From: Spirochaetia bacterium
GTDB taxonomy: Bacteria; Spirochaetota; Spirochaetia; SP-2023
Assembly (NCBI GenBank): GCA_965263295.1
Contig: OZ253665.1
Span: 160,001-224,000, forward strand
Length of the DNA: 64,000 nt
Reading direction: 5' to 3'
The notes beneath the pieces are model-generated. The model was not told where the DNA came from. It saw only the letters and a list, made by a program, of their open reading frames with translations, and ran no database searches. Of this stretch, positions 1 to 10,900 are shown one piece after another. The stretch's first letter is position 1, and the number at the start of each line of letters is the position of its first letter. A program made the position numbers and the translations under genes.

Positions 1-3
1 GGA

Positions 4-339
4 ATGATGGGTGGGTTTACCAATGCTATGTCTCCCTTATTGGTCATTTATTTTCTAGAGTCAGAAGGCAAAGATAAAAATGCCATGGTTCAGGGGTTAA
101 ACCTTTGCTTTTTGCTTGGAAAGGTTTCACAGTTGGGAGTATTTTTTTACGCTCAAGCCATAAATAGAGAAGACGTAATGCATTCTTTGCTTATCCTAAT
201 TGCAGGAGTTGCAGCGATTATCTTGGGGATTAAAATAAGAAATAAGATACCTGTTTTGTTATATAAAGCGATTTTGCGAAAAATACTTCTTTTACTCGCT
301 GTTGTTATTGGCATGCAGGCATTATGGAAGGTATTTTAA
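4..339 (+). CDS. Sulfite exporter TauE/SafE family membrane protein, C-terminal part (probably truncated at window edge)
   Basis: Hydrophobic helices with GGFTNAMSPLLVIYF and NLCFLLGK patterns typical of TauE/SafE; AT-rich. Confidence 0.7.
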   Translation: MMGGFTNAMSPLLVIYFLESEGKDKNAMVQGLNLCFLLGKVSQLGVFFYAQAINREDVMHSLLILIAGVAAIILGIKIRNKIPVLLYKAILRKILLLLAVVIGMQALWKVF

Positions 340-682
340 GTAAATTGTCAAGAATTTTTTCAGGTAAAATTTTAAAGTTAAGTAACTTAGATATTGTAGT
401 CACGAGATATTTCAATGTAAAATTGTATTTTCTCAGTCATTAGGGGCAAAGTTAATGGCATGGATGTTGATCAACAGTAGAAGCTGGCCGGCCGCGAATT
501 CCGGCTCGTGTCGATTAGCTTCGGGCAGAGCGCGGATCTGGGAATCCCAAATTTGATACTTCACATTTCTTAATCGACAGATTATGGATGAATGTAAAGC
601 AGATCACTGAAAATCAAATGGCCTGAATTGACTAAAGCTTCTCTCCTAAGGAAGAGACCCGATTCTAGTCAATCCCGTGGAC

Positions 683-2371
683 TTATTCGCACACTTCTCC
701 GACCAATTCGGCAATGTCACTCTCGACATCGCCTTTTAGCCGCAGTCCATAACCTTCAATCAGGATGCCCGCGACGTTGGGCGAGATAAACGCGGGCAAT
801 GTTGGTCCCATCTGCAGGCCCTTGACTCCCAAGTGCAGCAGGGCGAGCAAGACGGTGACAGACTTTTGTTCGTACCAAGATATATTGAAGACAATTGGCA
901 GATCATTCAGGGACTCGGCCCCCAGCGCCTTCTGGATGTCCAGGGCAAGTATGGCAAGTGAATAACTGTCGTTGCACTGCCCGGCGTCGATAACTTTCGG
1001 GAGTCCGGCCACTTCGGGGAGCTGCAGGCGATTGTAGCGGTACTTGGCGCAGCCCGCGGTCAGGATCAACACGTCATCGTCGAGTGCCTGGGCAAAATCA
1101 CGATAATATTTGCGTTCTTTGTGGAAACCGTCGCAGCCGCCCATGACTACAAATTTGCGGATTTTGCCGGCTCGCACAGATTCGAGAATCTGCTGTCTAG
1201 CTCCGAGTAAGGTCTGGCGTGAGAATCCCGTATTTACGTCCGGACCCGGCTGGGGCTCCAGGCTGCCCAGCTCCTGGGCCATGGCGATCAGTGGGCTGAA
1301 GTCCTTCTGTCCGTGCGGATTTTCGCAGATGTAGGTACAGCCGGGATAGGCCGCGTTGCCAGTGGTGAAAATGCGCTGGGCATAGTTGGCTTGAGGCCGG
1401 ACAATACAGTTCGTGGTAAACAGTACGGGGCCATTGAAGCGGGCAAAATCCACTTGTTGTTCGTACCAGGCTCCGCCCCAGTTCCCTTTCAAGTGGGGAA
1501 ACTTTTTCAGTTCTGGATATGCATTGGCGATGAGCATCTCGCTGTGGGTGTAGATATTGACGCCGGTGCCTTGGGTTTGTTCGAGGAGTTGCTTCAGATC
1601 GCGCAGGTCGTGGCCCGTGACCAGGATGCCGGGGCCGGCTTGTAGTGAACCGCTGACGTGGGTGGGCGTGGGATTGCCGTAAGTTTTCGTGTTGGCCTGG
1701 TCGAGCAATGCCATGACCGTTACGGCTGTGGCGCCGCATTTGTCCAGGCGCTGCAGCCAGTCCGGCAGGGTCAGGGAGTCGTTGTTCAAGTCGTTGAGTA
1801 TGTCGAAGATGCCCTGTTCAACTTCGGCCGAGCGGTAGCCTAGTTGAGTTGCGTGATCGGCATAGGCGGCAATGCCTTTCAGGCCGTAAACGGCGATTTC
1901 GCGCAGGCTGCGCAGGTCTTCGTCACTTTGAGCCAATACACCGACCGGCCGGCTCTGACCAAGAGTGATAAATTCTTTTAAAAGATCGTCTTGCAATTCT
2001 GGCTCGCCCATTTTGTCCAGTGGGATTTGCGGCAGCCAGGTGGCTGCCGCGGGGACATCGGCGCTTGTCGTCGTCGCGGCACGGGCGGCTAGTTGCTGGC
2101 GGATTTCTAGGGCCTGGCGAATGAATCCGACAAACTGTTGCTTGTCGTAATTTACGCGCGTGATTGTGGCAAAGAGCTTTTCGATCAAAAACTTTGCCAG
2201 TGCGGCATCAATTTCAGATTGCCGGCTTTGCGCTTGCCAATAGGCAATGCCACGCAGACTGTAAAGCAGCAGGTCCTGCAGGGCCGCCAGTTCGTCACCC
2301 TTGCCGCAGACGCCAATCTGCCGCTGGCAGGCGACATTGCCCGCCGTTTCTTGACATTGAAAACAAAACAT
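683..2371 (-). CDS. hcp: Hybrid cluster protein (hydroxylamine/NO reductase)
   Basis: N-terminal MFCFQCQE...C...GVCGK cluster motif; hybrid-cluster motifs GHDL, THSEM, TNC, GGCDG, AGC, GQCND, SWYEQK; AAGGAG RBS upstream. Confidence 0.97.
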   Translation of the reverse strand: MFCFQCQETAGNVACQRQIGVCGKGDELAALQDLLLYSLRGIAYWQAQSRQSEIDAALAKFLIEKLFATITRVNYDKQQFVGFIRQALEIRQQLAARAATTTSADVPAAATWLPQIPLDKMGEPELQDDLLKEFITLGQSRPVGVLAQSDEDLRSLREIAVYGLKGIAAYADHATQLGYRSAEVEQGIFDILNDLNNDSLTLPDWLQRLDKCGATAVTVMALLDQANTKTYGNPTPTHVSGSLQAGPGILVTGHDLRDLKQLLEQTQGTGVNIYTHSEMLIANAYPELKKFPHLKGNWGGAWYEQQVDFARFNGPVLFTTNCIVRPQANYAQRIFTTGNAAYPGCTYICENPHGQKDFSPLIAMAQELGSLEPQPGPDVNTGFSRQTLLGARQQILESVRAGKIRKFVVMGGCDGFHKERKYYRDFAQALDDDVLILTAGCAKYRYNRLQLPEVAGLPKVIDAGQCNDSYSLAILALDIQKALGAESLNDLPIVFNISWYEQKSVTVLLALLHLGVKGLQMGPTLPAFISPNVAGILIEGYGLRLKGDVESDIAELVGEVCE

Positions 2372-2409
2372 AGTTGAATCCTCCTTATGTTTAACTTTAA
2401 TCTGCTTTC

Positions 2410-2451
2410 AGCATAGATTGCGGTGACGGGAAAGAAATTGACCAAAGTCAA
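2410..2451 (-). promoter_or_regulatory. Class II Crp/Fnr-activated hcp promoter: TTGAC-CAAA-GTCAA box plus -10 TATGCT
   Basis: Palindrome at 2438-2451. Minus-strand TATGCT at 2415-2410 puts +1 near 2403 and the box centre at -41.5. Confidence 0.8.
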
Positions 2452-2624
2452 AATTGCCAGGTTTTTTGCAAAAAATTGCAAAGGGCTTTGTGACTGATTG
2501 TCCCGTTAAGGTTTATCGAAGGTTTATCGTTCGCTGTAGCCCCGAACTGATTGCGGGCAGAGCCACATAGCGGCCGCCGAAAACCTGAAAATTACGGTCT
2601 CTAGAGCGGGTTGGGAACATCATT

Positions 2625-3476
2625 ATGGGGTCAGTAGAGACGGCACCGGATACCACAGAATTGTTGCGAGAGTTTCTGCTCCATCTGCATGGCTTGGACT
2701 CTCAGCCCCACGACGCCCGCTCCATGGGGCTGACTGTATTGCAGGATTGGCAGCCCATGCTGCAGTTCTTGCGATCGCACGGTCAGTCGCGTCGCTGCGC
2801 TAAAGGCCAATTGCTGTTTTTAGAGGGCCAGCCGGCGCGGCATTTTTATTTTATCGCACGCGGAATGATCCGACTTTTCCATAGTGATTCTGCCGCCGGG
2901 CGCGAGGACGCTATCCATTTTGCCCTGGGGCCGGAGTGTATTGCTGAAAATCTGCTGTTCCAAGGCAACTTGTCCGAGATAAGATTGGGCGAGAAAGAGC
3001 AAAGAAATAGGCGAGGGCTGAGCTACCCGGCCGGTGCCGAGGTCTTGGAAGATGCCACTTTGTTGTGCCTGGATCTGCATGGTATACAAAGCTTGTTTGC
3101 GGGTGGTGATCAGGCTTTTCGAACGCTGGCACCCCAGCTGACCCAGCAGGCTTTGCAGTTGGCCCAGCTGTTGGCGACAAGCATGAGTCGCAAATTAAAT
3201 GCCCTGAATCAACAGGTCAGGCAGTTGGGGGTTCAGACCTTGGAGCAACGTTTGTGGGGCTTTTTATTGCGCGAAGCTCGGCGCCAATACCAGAGTTCGG
3301 GCTTGTCGTGTGCGGGTAGGCTGCGCGGCGAGTTGTCGATCAGCAAGGGGAACTTGGCGCGTTATTTGGCGTGCAGCCCAGAAACTCTGTCGCGCGCATT
3401 GAAGAGATTGCAAAAAAAAGGTTTACTTGAGATCAAGGGACGGCATTTTACCATTTTAAAGTTCGTTCAATCTTGA
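2625..3476 (+). CDS. hcpR: Crp/Fnr family regulator, HcpR/Dnr-like
   Basis: cNMP-binding-like barrel (GQLLFLEGQPARHFYFIARGMIRL), HTH LACSPETLSRALKRL, no FNR-type N-terminal Cys cluster, divergent from hcp. Confidence 0.85.
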   Translation: MGSVETAPDTTELLREFLLHLHGLDSQPHDARSMGLTVLQDWQPMLQFLRSHGQSRRCAKGQLLFLEGQPARHFYFIARGMIRLFHSDSAAGREDAIHFALGPECIAENLLFQGNLSEIRLGEKEQRNRRGLSYPAGAEVLEDATLLCLDLHGIQSLFAGGDQAFRTLAPQLTQQALQLAQLLATSMSRKLNALNQQVRQLGVQTLEQRLWGFLLREARRQYQSSGLSCAGRLRGELSISKGNLARYLACSPETLSRALKRLQKKGLLEIKGRHFTILKFVQS

Positions 3477-3549
3477 AAGTGGATAAATATGGCCGTTTAA
3501 TCTTGCTATCTTTATATTTCTTTTTACCACGCTATATCTGGGAATTTAC

Positions 3550-4860
3550 ATGCTGAGTATTACTAAAAGATTTAAGGGAGATCTGCAGATGATGGATATT
3601 ATTATATCAGATGGGACTGCAATCAGGGCAATGCAGCGGTATGATTGGTTAACTGGATTCTTGTCGGCAGTATCCATTATGGCGGCAGGGATCGGTATTA
3701 GCCGGGTCATGGCCAAGATTGAGCAAAGTCACCCAGTAATAAAGCGGGGTTTCTATTTTTTGTTAAATGGAGTGGCAGCCTCTTTTTTAATAACTTCTTG
3801 TATGAGTAGTCAGATCAGTGAGGCCGTAGATCAACAATCTTACTCGGAGGATAAAGTCACAAATCAACAGTTGCAACTGATCTTTGAAAATTGCAAGGTC
3901 TTCCCAAATAATACGGTGATTTCAATAGCTATAATTAAAGATGGGATTCCCAGATTCTATGGCATTAATCGAAAAGAAAATTCTATTTTAAGTATGGAAA
4001 ACCGCGACCTTGTCTTTGAAATTGGCTCCATCACCAAAGTATTTACGTCGACGCTCCTCGCCGATTTTGTAATTGCAGGCAAACTTGGGCTCAAAGATCA
4101 GATAAAAGATTATATTACGCTTAAAGACAATGTGACGATTACCTTTGAACAGTTGGCAAATCACAGTTCCGGGCTTCCGAGATTGCCCGCATATTTTGAA
4201 TCGGACTTGGTTGACCCGGAGAATCCTTACAAGGACTACGATCAGAAGAAACTCAAAGGATATCTGACTGGAGAGCTTGAACTTTCACAAAGTCCAGGAG
4301 AGAAATATCAATATTCAAATCTCGGAGCGGGACTACTCGGTTTTCTTTTGAGTAAAATAGATGGCAGATCTTATGAGGAGCTCCTGCAACAAGAGATATT
4401 TTCTAAATATAATATGACAGACTCCACAACTGATCGCGAAAAGATTGCGGATAAGCTGGTCAGAGGTATTGATGCAGAAGGCAATGAAGTCGCCAATTGG
4501 GATGACCAAGATGTCACGGTTGGGGCTGGGGGAATTTTGTCTAACGCCAATGACTTGTCCAAATTTGCGTTGGCCCATTTTAATGATTCAAACGAGGAGT
4601 TGGCATTGATCGGAACCCCTACTTTTCCTGTGAGTGATGACATGGTTATTGGCTTGGGCTGGCATATATTGAAGAATGAATCGGAGACTGATTGGCTTTG
4701 GCACAATGGAGGTTCTGGTGGCTATTGTTCTTCTATGGCAATAGATAAAAAAAGAAGAACTGGGGTAATTATTCTGGCAAATATTTCCTCCTACCATGAA
4801 TATGCCGACAATATTGACAATTTATGTTTTGCATTGATGAAAACCTTGGAAGATAAATAA
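3550..4860 (+). CDS. Serine hydrolase, beta-lactamase/AmpC-like family; probable lipoprotein (true start probably downstream)
   Basis: FEIGSITK (SxxK), YQYSN (YxN), WHNGGSGG; lipobox-like FLITSC. Confidence 0.88.
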   Translation: MLSITKRFKGDLQMMDIIISDGTAIRAMQRYDWLTGFLSAVSIMAAGIGISRVMAKIEQSHPVIKRGFYFLLNGVAASFLITSCMSSQISEAVDQQSYSEDKVTNQQLQLIFENCKVFPNNTVISIAIIKDGIPRFYGINRKENSILSMENRDLVFEIGSITKVFTSTLLADFVIAGKLGLKDQIKDYITLKDNVTITFEQLANHSSGLPRLPAYFESDLVDPENPYKDYDQKKLKGYLTGELELSQSPGEKYQYSNLGAGLLGFLLSKIDGRSYEELLQQEIFSKYNMTDSTTDREKIADKLVRGIDAEGNEVANWDDQDVTVGAGGILSNANDLSKFALAHFNDSNEELALIGTPTFPVSDDMVIGLGWHILKNESETDWLWHNGGSGGYCSSMAIDKKRRTGVIILANISSYHEYADNIDNLCFALMKTLEDK

Positions 4861-4977
4861 AACATTGGGTAACTAAGTAAATAATTCAGAATTAAGTCTT
4901 CTTGACCTTCAAAAATTGTCAAAAAATCAAACTTTATAATGAAGTCGCGATGGAATTCATTTTAGGCCGAATATTCC

Positions 4978-7824
4978 CTAAAACTGTAAGGGTTTTACAC
5001 GCAAAGGTCTGGTTTTAAATGTTTTGGCTGTCTTTTTCGCTAGGCTCTTTAGCTGTGGCTTGTAGTGCTTGGCCAGCTCTGGTTGCAGTAGTTTGACCAC
5101 CTGTGGGAATTCAATCACCGGGTAGAAACTAATGCCCTTTTTGACATAGTCGGGGATTTCGTCTAGATCCCGCAGGTTCTGCTTGGGAATGATGATATTT
5201 TTAATGTTGTAACGCTTGGCCGCGATGCATTTTTCACGCAGGCCGCCAATCGGCAGGACCTGCCCGGTGAGCGAAAGCTCCCCCGTCATGGCAAAACTGC
5301 TATCCACGAGCTCGCCACACAGCAGCGAAAGGATGCATATACCCATGGTAATGCCGGCTGAAGGCCCGTCTTTGGGCGTGGCCCCTTCGGGAATGTGCAA
5401 GTGGATTTCGGATCTCGCCCAGCGCGGTAGCAATGAGTTGGTGCCTTTTTTGCTCGTGGCGTTATTGAGTCCAGCTGATTCGGTGGGCGGCTCAGCGGGC
5501 GGCTCAGCGGGCAGTCGCAACGATTCAGCATTCGGATCCAAGCGCCCTAAATCGCCGCAGCACGATAAATAATTTTTTGCTGCAGAATAGGCGATGGCTG
5601 CAGATTCTTTCATGACATCGCCCATCTGGCCCGTCAGTTTCAGCTCGCCACGTCCGATCAGTTCCAGTGACTCAATCACCAAGGTGTCACCACCCATGCC
5701 CGTCCAGGCCAGGCCGGTGGCCATACCGGCTTGGGCGATCATGCGCTGCGGGTTAATGGTAAACAAGGGCTTTTTTAGGTACCCTTCAAGATCCTTGACG
5801 TCGATTTTGATGGGGTCGCCGTAGAGAGGAAAACTTTTCTCCGTGTTATCTACTTCCTCCTGCTTGCCTTTGGCCTCGTCTGTCGGTTTTGGCGCCCTTG
5901 GCTCGGGCGAATTTAGTTCTGCGACGCTAATTTTGTAAGCAATTTTTCGGTGGATGCGATCAAGGGCCTTTTCATAGTTGCGCAGGCCGGTTTCGCGGGC
6001 GTAGCCGTTGGCAATTTCACGTAGGGCGGCCAGAGTGTAACTCACCTGCTCCTTGCTCATGCCGTGGCGTTGTAGCGAACGGGGGATGAAATGGCGTTTG
6101 GCAATCTCCACCTTTTCTTCGAGGATGTAACCCGAAAGTCGGATGACCTCCATGCGGTCGCGCAGTGGCGCGGGAATGCCTTCTAGGGTGTTCGCCGTAG
6201 TCACGAACAAAACATGCGACAAATCAAATGGCAGGTCCAGATAGTGGTCGCGGAACTCATTGTTCTGTTCCGGATCGAGGGCCTCCAGCAGGGCGGACGA
6301 TGGGTCCCCCTGGAACGAGACGCCCAGCTTGTCGATTTCGTCTATCATGAAGACCGGGGCTTGGGTCTTGGTTACTTTCAGGCCTTGGAGCAGTTTGCCC
6401 GGCATCGCTCCCACGTACGTGCGGCGGTGGCCTTTGATTTCCGCCTCGTCGCGCATCCCGCCGACGGAAAAGCGATAGAATGGACGCCCAAGAGTTTGAG
6501 CGATAGATTTGCCAATTGATGTTTTACCTACCCCCGGCGGCCCGACCAGACAAATTATGGCGCCGCGCGCGTCTTGCTTTAAGTATCGCACGGCCAAATA
6601 TTCGAGAATGCGTTTTTTGGCATCTTCAAGGCCGTAATGGCCGCTATTGAGGATACGTTCGGCTTTTTTAAGCGAAATCTGATCTGGCTCTGGCGCGTCC
6701 CAGGGCAGGTTGACAATCGTGTCCAGGTATGTGCGCGTCACCGTGTATTCGGAAGAACTGGGCTCCATCAGCGAAAACTTCTCCCACTCTGACTCGACTT
6801 GCTCACGGGCTTCCGCGCTCAGATTCAACCGGGCGATTTTCTCCTGGAGCTTGATGGCATCGGAGCTGGAAGCGTCACTTGGCTCGCCCAATTCCTTTTT
6901 GATCGCCTTGATTTCCTCGCGTAAAAAATATTCGCGCTGGCTCTTTTCGATCTTCTGGTTAATGCGCTGTGCCACCTTGCGTTGAATATTCAGTAAGTCC
7001 TGCTCACGCTTGATATAAATCAAAACGTGTTCCATCCGCTTAAAGACGTCTAGCTCTTCCAAAATCTCCTGTTGTACTTCACGCGGTAAATTCAGAATAG
7101 AGGCGGTGAAGTCGGCAATGGTGCCGGGACTATCAATGTTGACCATGTTCAGGCGCATTTCTTCGGTAAACAGAGGGTTGTTCTCGGCCAAACGTTTCAT
7201 TTCCGAAAGCAGGGCCCGAGTCAGGCCTTTGAGTTCATCCGTTTTTTCCGGCAGGCTATCTTCTAGATAGTTGACTTCGGCCACTAGCGGGTAGGTGTCT
7301 GAATTCAACGACTTAATGCGGAAACGCTTGAGCGTGGTAATAAAGATGTTGATGTTGCCGTCGGGCAGATTGATCTTGCGGCTGATACGCGCCACGGTTC
7401 CGATATCGTAAAGTTCCTGGCTCTCCTGGTATTCCACTTCTTGCGCATTTTCGCCCTTTTGCTCTGGATCCGTATCTTTGTGTGTGTGGGCTTTGGAATT
7501 TGAATCTGTTTCTTGGCCTGCCGGCTCCGGTACATCTTCGAGACCTTCAGAGAGTTCTTCGTATTCGTTGTTCTCATCTTTTTTTTGCAAATCAATTTCA
7601 GATAGGGGTGTACGCTGTTTGGGCTTCTGTGTCTCCTCGCGGGTCAGAACCAGCCCAATGGTGCGATCCCCTTCGTAAGCTTTCTCCACCAAGGCGACGT
7701 CGTCGGCTTCATTGATTAGAATGGGCGTGAAAATGCCCGGAAACAAAGGTTTGCCGGACATGGGGATAATCAGTAGTTCAGAGGGTAGGTCTTTGTTCGC
7801 CACAATAACTTCGTTGCTTGCCAT
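4978..7824 (-). CDS. lon: ATP-dependent protease La
   Basis: GPPGVGKT Walker A, IDEIDK, GHRRTYVGAMPG, PKDGPSAG catalytic Ser, GGLREK Lys. Confidence 0.98.
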   Translation of the reverse strand: MASNEVIVANKDLPSELLIIPMSGKPLFPGIFTPILINEADDVALVEKAYEGDRTIGLVLTREETQKPKQRTPLSEIDLQKKDENNEYEELSEGLEDVPEPAGQETDSNSKAHTHKDTDPEQKGENAQEVEYQESQELYDIGTVARISRKINLPDGNINIFITTLKRFRIKSLNSDTYPLVAEVNYLEDSLPEKTDELKGLTRALLSEMKRLAENNPLFTEEMRLNMVNIDSPGTIADFTASILNLPREVQQEILEELDVFKRMEHVLIYIKREQDLLNIQRKVAQRINQKIEKSQREYFLREEIKAIKKELGEPSDASSSDAIKLQEKIARLNLSAEAREQVESEWEKFSLMEPSSSEYTVTRTYLDTIVNLPWDAPEPDQISLKKAERILNSGHYGLEDAKKRILEYLAVRYLKQDARGAIICLVGPPGVGKTSIGKSIAQTLGRPFYRFSVGGMRDEAEIKGHRRTYVGAMPGKLLQGLKVTKTQAPVFMIDEIDKLGVSFQGDPSSALLEALDPEQNNEFRDHYLDLPFDLSHVLFVTTANTLEGIPAPLRDRMEVIRLSGYILEEKVEIAKRHFIPRSLQRHGMSKEQVSYTLAALREIANGYARETGLRNYEKALDRIHRKIAYKISVAELNSPEPRAPKPTDEAKGKQEEVDNTEKSFPLYGDPIKIDVKDLEGYLKKPLFTINPQRMIAQAGMATGLAWTGMGGDTLVIESLELIGRGELKLTGQMGDVMKESAAIAYSAAKNYLSCCGDLGRLDPNAESLRLPAEPPAEPPTESAGLNNATSKKGTNSLLPRWARSEIHLHIPEGATPKDGPSAGITMGICILSLLCGELVDSSFAMTGELSLTGQVLPIGGLREKCIAAKRYNIKNIIIPKQNLRDLDEIPDYVKKGISFYPVIEFPQVVKLLQPELAKHYKPQLKSLAKKTAKTFKTRPLRVKPLQF

Positions 7825-7852
7825 GGAATTGAATGTCCTTTCATTGTATTTT

Positions 7853-7881
7853 AAAATACGCTATCCGCTAGAGAGTGGCAA
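7853..7881 (-). promoter_or_regulatory. Putative sigma70 promoter of lon
   Basis: TTGCCA-17 nt-TATTTT on the minus strand. Confidence 0.5.
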
Positions 7882-7963
7882 GGATTTTTTTGCTTGAAGA
7901 GCCCCACTCTGGTAAGCAATCTAATCGTCTGAGGCCACATCTGCTGGAGCTCGGCGCGGGCTG

Positions 7964-10900
7964 TTAGAAGAGCTCGCCGGGATGCTGCGGGCTCCCGCGG
8001 CCAGGTTCTTCTGCCCTCGATGTTTCTGCCCTTGATTCTGGGTGAACTGCAATTGGACGCGCTTTTTGCTGGGTCTTGGCGGACTTCCTGGCTTCACTGG
8101 TGCTGCTGGTTTTTGCCTTCATTGCTTTTTCATCCGGTTCAGGGCCCGTCCGCACGATGTCGAGACTGCCCTCGCAGCGAATGGCGCTGCGACCTTCGCC
8201 CATGGCTTCCAGCTGAATTTGGCATATGATGCGCTCTTTGAGTGCGCCAATGTGAGAAATAAGGCCGATCAATTTGCCGTCGCGCTGCAGAGAGCCGAGA
8301 ACTTCGAGGGTGCTGTGAAGGCTGTCTTCATCCAGGGTCCCAAAGCCTTCATCGAGAAACAGGGATTGTACGGGGATTTGCCGGGCGGAAATACGGGCCA
8401 GGGCCAGGGCCAGGGCCAGGCTGATCAAGAATTTTTCGCCGCCAGAAAGGTTTTGTGCCGGACGCAGTTGCTGATCCGGTGGCAGGTACTGATCGGTGAC
8501 AAAGAACTGCAATGAGGCTTCGGGTGGGCTGTATAACAGGTAGCGATCACTTATGCGTTCAAGGTAGAGATTGGCATGATATAGTAGGTGCTCAAACGAA
8601 AGTTGCTGTGCAAACTTGTTATATTTGTCGCCGGTGGCCGAGCCAATCAGTTCGTTGAGTTGCTCCCAGTCGGCGACCTCCTGCTGCATGGCCTCAACCT
8701 GGGATTCCATCTGCCGGTGTCGCCGGCGCAGTTGATCGTCATCCTGTAATCTTTTCTTTAGGGCTCCCAGTGTCTCGCTGCCTTGCTGGTAGCGTTCTTT
8801 TGCCCATATTTCGCGTCGTTGCAGCAGAGCCTTGAGGTCGTGCAGTTGATCTGGCACGGCTTGGACTTGGAGCTCCTCCAGGTCTTGAAAGGAAAAGACT
8901 TCCGCGCCATCGCTCTGTGGCAATGGATTATCTAAGCGGCTGGCAACAATAATATCGCCGAGTGTGTCAGCCTCTATCAATTCGTTGAGTTGCCGCAGGG
9001 TGAGGTCAAGTTGTTCGCGCGTCTCGCGGCAGCTCTGTTGTAGTTGCCAGAAGGCTTTGGTGCCGGCTTCGAGCTCCTGCTGCAGTTTGCGCCGCGTTTC
9101 GTCTGTCAGCTCTGCGGCGAGAAAGGCGGCCTCATCGTTAAAGCCAGACATCTGCAGCCGGTGTCGCCACTGCTGCCGGGCACTTTCGGAATGCTGCCGG
9201 GCCTTGTCCTGTTCGTTTTGTAGGCGCTGGCCTTCTTTTTGCAGCCACTCCCAGTCGGTCTGCAGTTTTTCGTAGCGTTTTTTGCAGGTTTCCTGCTGCT
9301 GTTGCACTTGTTGCCAGGTGCTGGCAAACTCCTGTTGTAGCTGCTTCCAGTTCAGGTCTCGCCAGTCTGTTGTCGATTCCAGTTCCCGTTGTCGCTCGGT
9401 GTGCACAGGGGCCGGCCAGCGTTGTTGCAGTTCCAACCTGTGCTGGTGCAGTTTTTGTTCCAGAGTTTTCAATTCGGCTGCACCTTCGGTCAGAAATTGT
9501 TCGGCTTGCCTTGCGGCTTCCTTGGCTTTGTCCCAATCTTGCCTGGCTGTTTGCAGGCGTTCCCGGTTTATTGTCCGTTCACTCTGCTGGGTTTGCAGAT
9601 GTTGAGCCTGGTGTAAAAGGTTGTGCAAATAATTCTGTTGTGCTCGTATTTGTTCGTGCAATTGGACTAAGGCACTTTCGCTGAGCAGCTCTAGCCGTGT
9701 GTGCAGATTTTCCAGTGCCTGTGCGGCGGCCTGTGTGCTTTTGCTGTACACGGGTGGGGTTTCTGGCGCAGTCTCGTGGCAGGGAGCTTGCAGGGCGACC
9801 TGATATTGAGGTAATTGATATAAAGCGGCACGGCTGTCTGCTCTTGAGGCCAGATCGTCGGGCCGGGAAAATACGCGAGCGAAGTCCAGGCGCAGGCGCT
9901 GGGCAAAGTCCCGTATTTGCTTGTGGGCGTTTTGCATTTTGTCGCTGGCATTCTGGCGACGCAGCAGAGTCTGGGCCCGCTCGTTGTCGACTTGTCGGCA
10001 TTGCTCGCGCAATTCGGTCTTGCTCTGTTCAAGTTGTTTTTGCATCACTTCGCAGCGCTCATAAGCCGCATTTTCCGCCTGGCGGTAAAACTCCAATTCC
10101 TCACGGCGTTGGCGCAATTCGGTGCGCAATTTTTCTGAGTAAATTGCCGGCGGCACGGCTACAATTTTCGTCTGGCCTCGGTTTGAATTTGGGTTTGAAT
10201 TTGGGCTTGGAGTTTGAAATATTGCCTGTCGCTGTTCTTGTACATCGCTCCAAATTCCTGGCAGTAGGACCTGTGGGGCCGGGTGGCCCTGTAGAATCTG
10301 GTCGAGGAGTTCTATTTGCGCCAGCAGCTCGCCTTGTAGGTGCTGGGCCTTGTTTTGCTTGTCTTGCCACTCGCGGCGGTAGTTGTCACAAGAGAGTCGC
10401 AGTTTTCCAACTTCCTCTTGGTCACCGTGTACGGCATTTTGTAGTTCTTGTAGCTCCCGGTGCTGCTGCTCCAGTTCGGCCTGGAAGACCAGGATATCGT
10501 CGGAAACCTGAACTGCGGCTTCAAAATGGTGTTCTGTGGCCCCACAGAGAGGGCAGGGCTGCTCATCTTCTAGCTTGGCGCGTTCCTCCACAAGGATCAG
10601 CAAGCGCTGTTGTAATTCTTGTTTTTCCTGCAGGGTTCTGCAGTAACGTTCTTGTTTTTTGAATGCGGCTTCTTGCCGGGACAAGTCCCGCTCGGCTTCG
10701 GCCAGCTGTCGTTCTTCTTCGCGCAGTGAGTCATATAGCTGGGCGGCTTCCGCGGCAGCCTCGTATTGCAGCTCGCGTCCCAGCAGGTAGCGCTCACTTG
10801 AGCTGGTCAGCCGGTTCAGGCAGTCGCTCGCCCCGCGCAGAGCGGCCTCGGCACTTTGATCGTTGTCCTGGCCCTGTCCTGGATGCAATTCGGGCGAGCG

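Noticed and set aside
440..620. GC-richer patch between the TauE-like gene and hcp as a possible pseudogene
   Set aside because: The plus-strand frames I translated gave only short unrecognisable peptides.
627..673. Inverted repeat (ATTGACTA/TAGTCAAT) downstream of hcp as a terminator
   Set aside because: Interrupted stem and no adjacent U-tract.
8396..8420. (GGCCAG)n 6-bp repeat in sbcC
   Set aside because: Encodes the conserved LALALAL helix after the signature motif, so it is not an insertion.
9697..10662. 321-aa plus-strand ORF, and many other antisense or alternate-frame ORFs in the track
   Set aside because: They lie wholly within well-supported genes such as sbcC, have no motifs, and show the Arg/Pro/Ala-rich composition of shadow ORFs.
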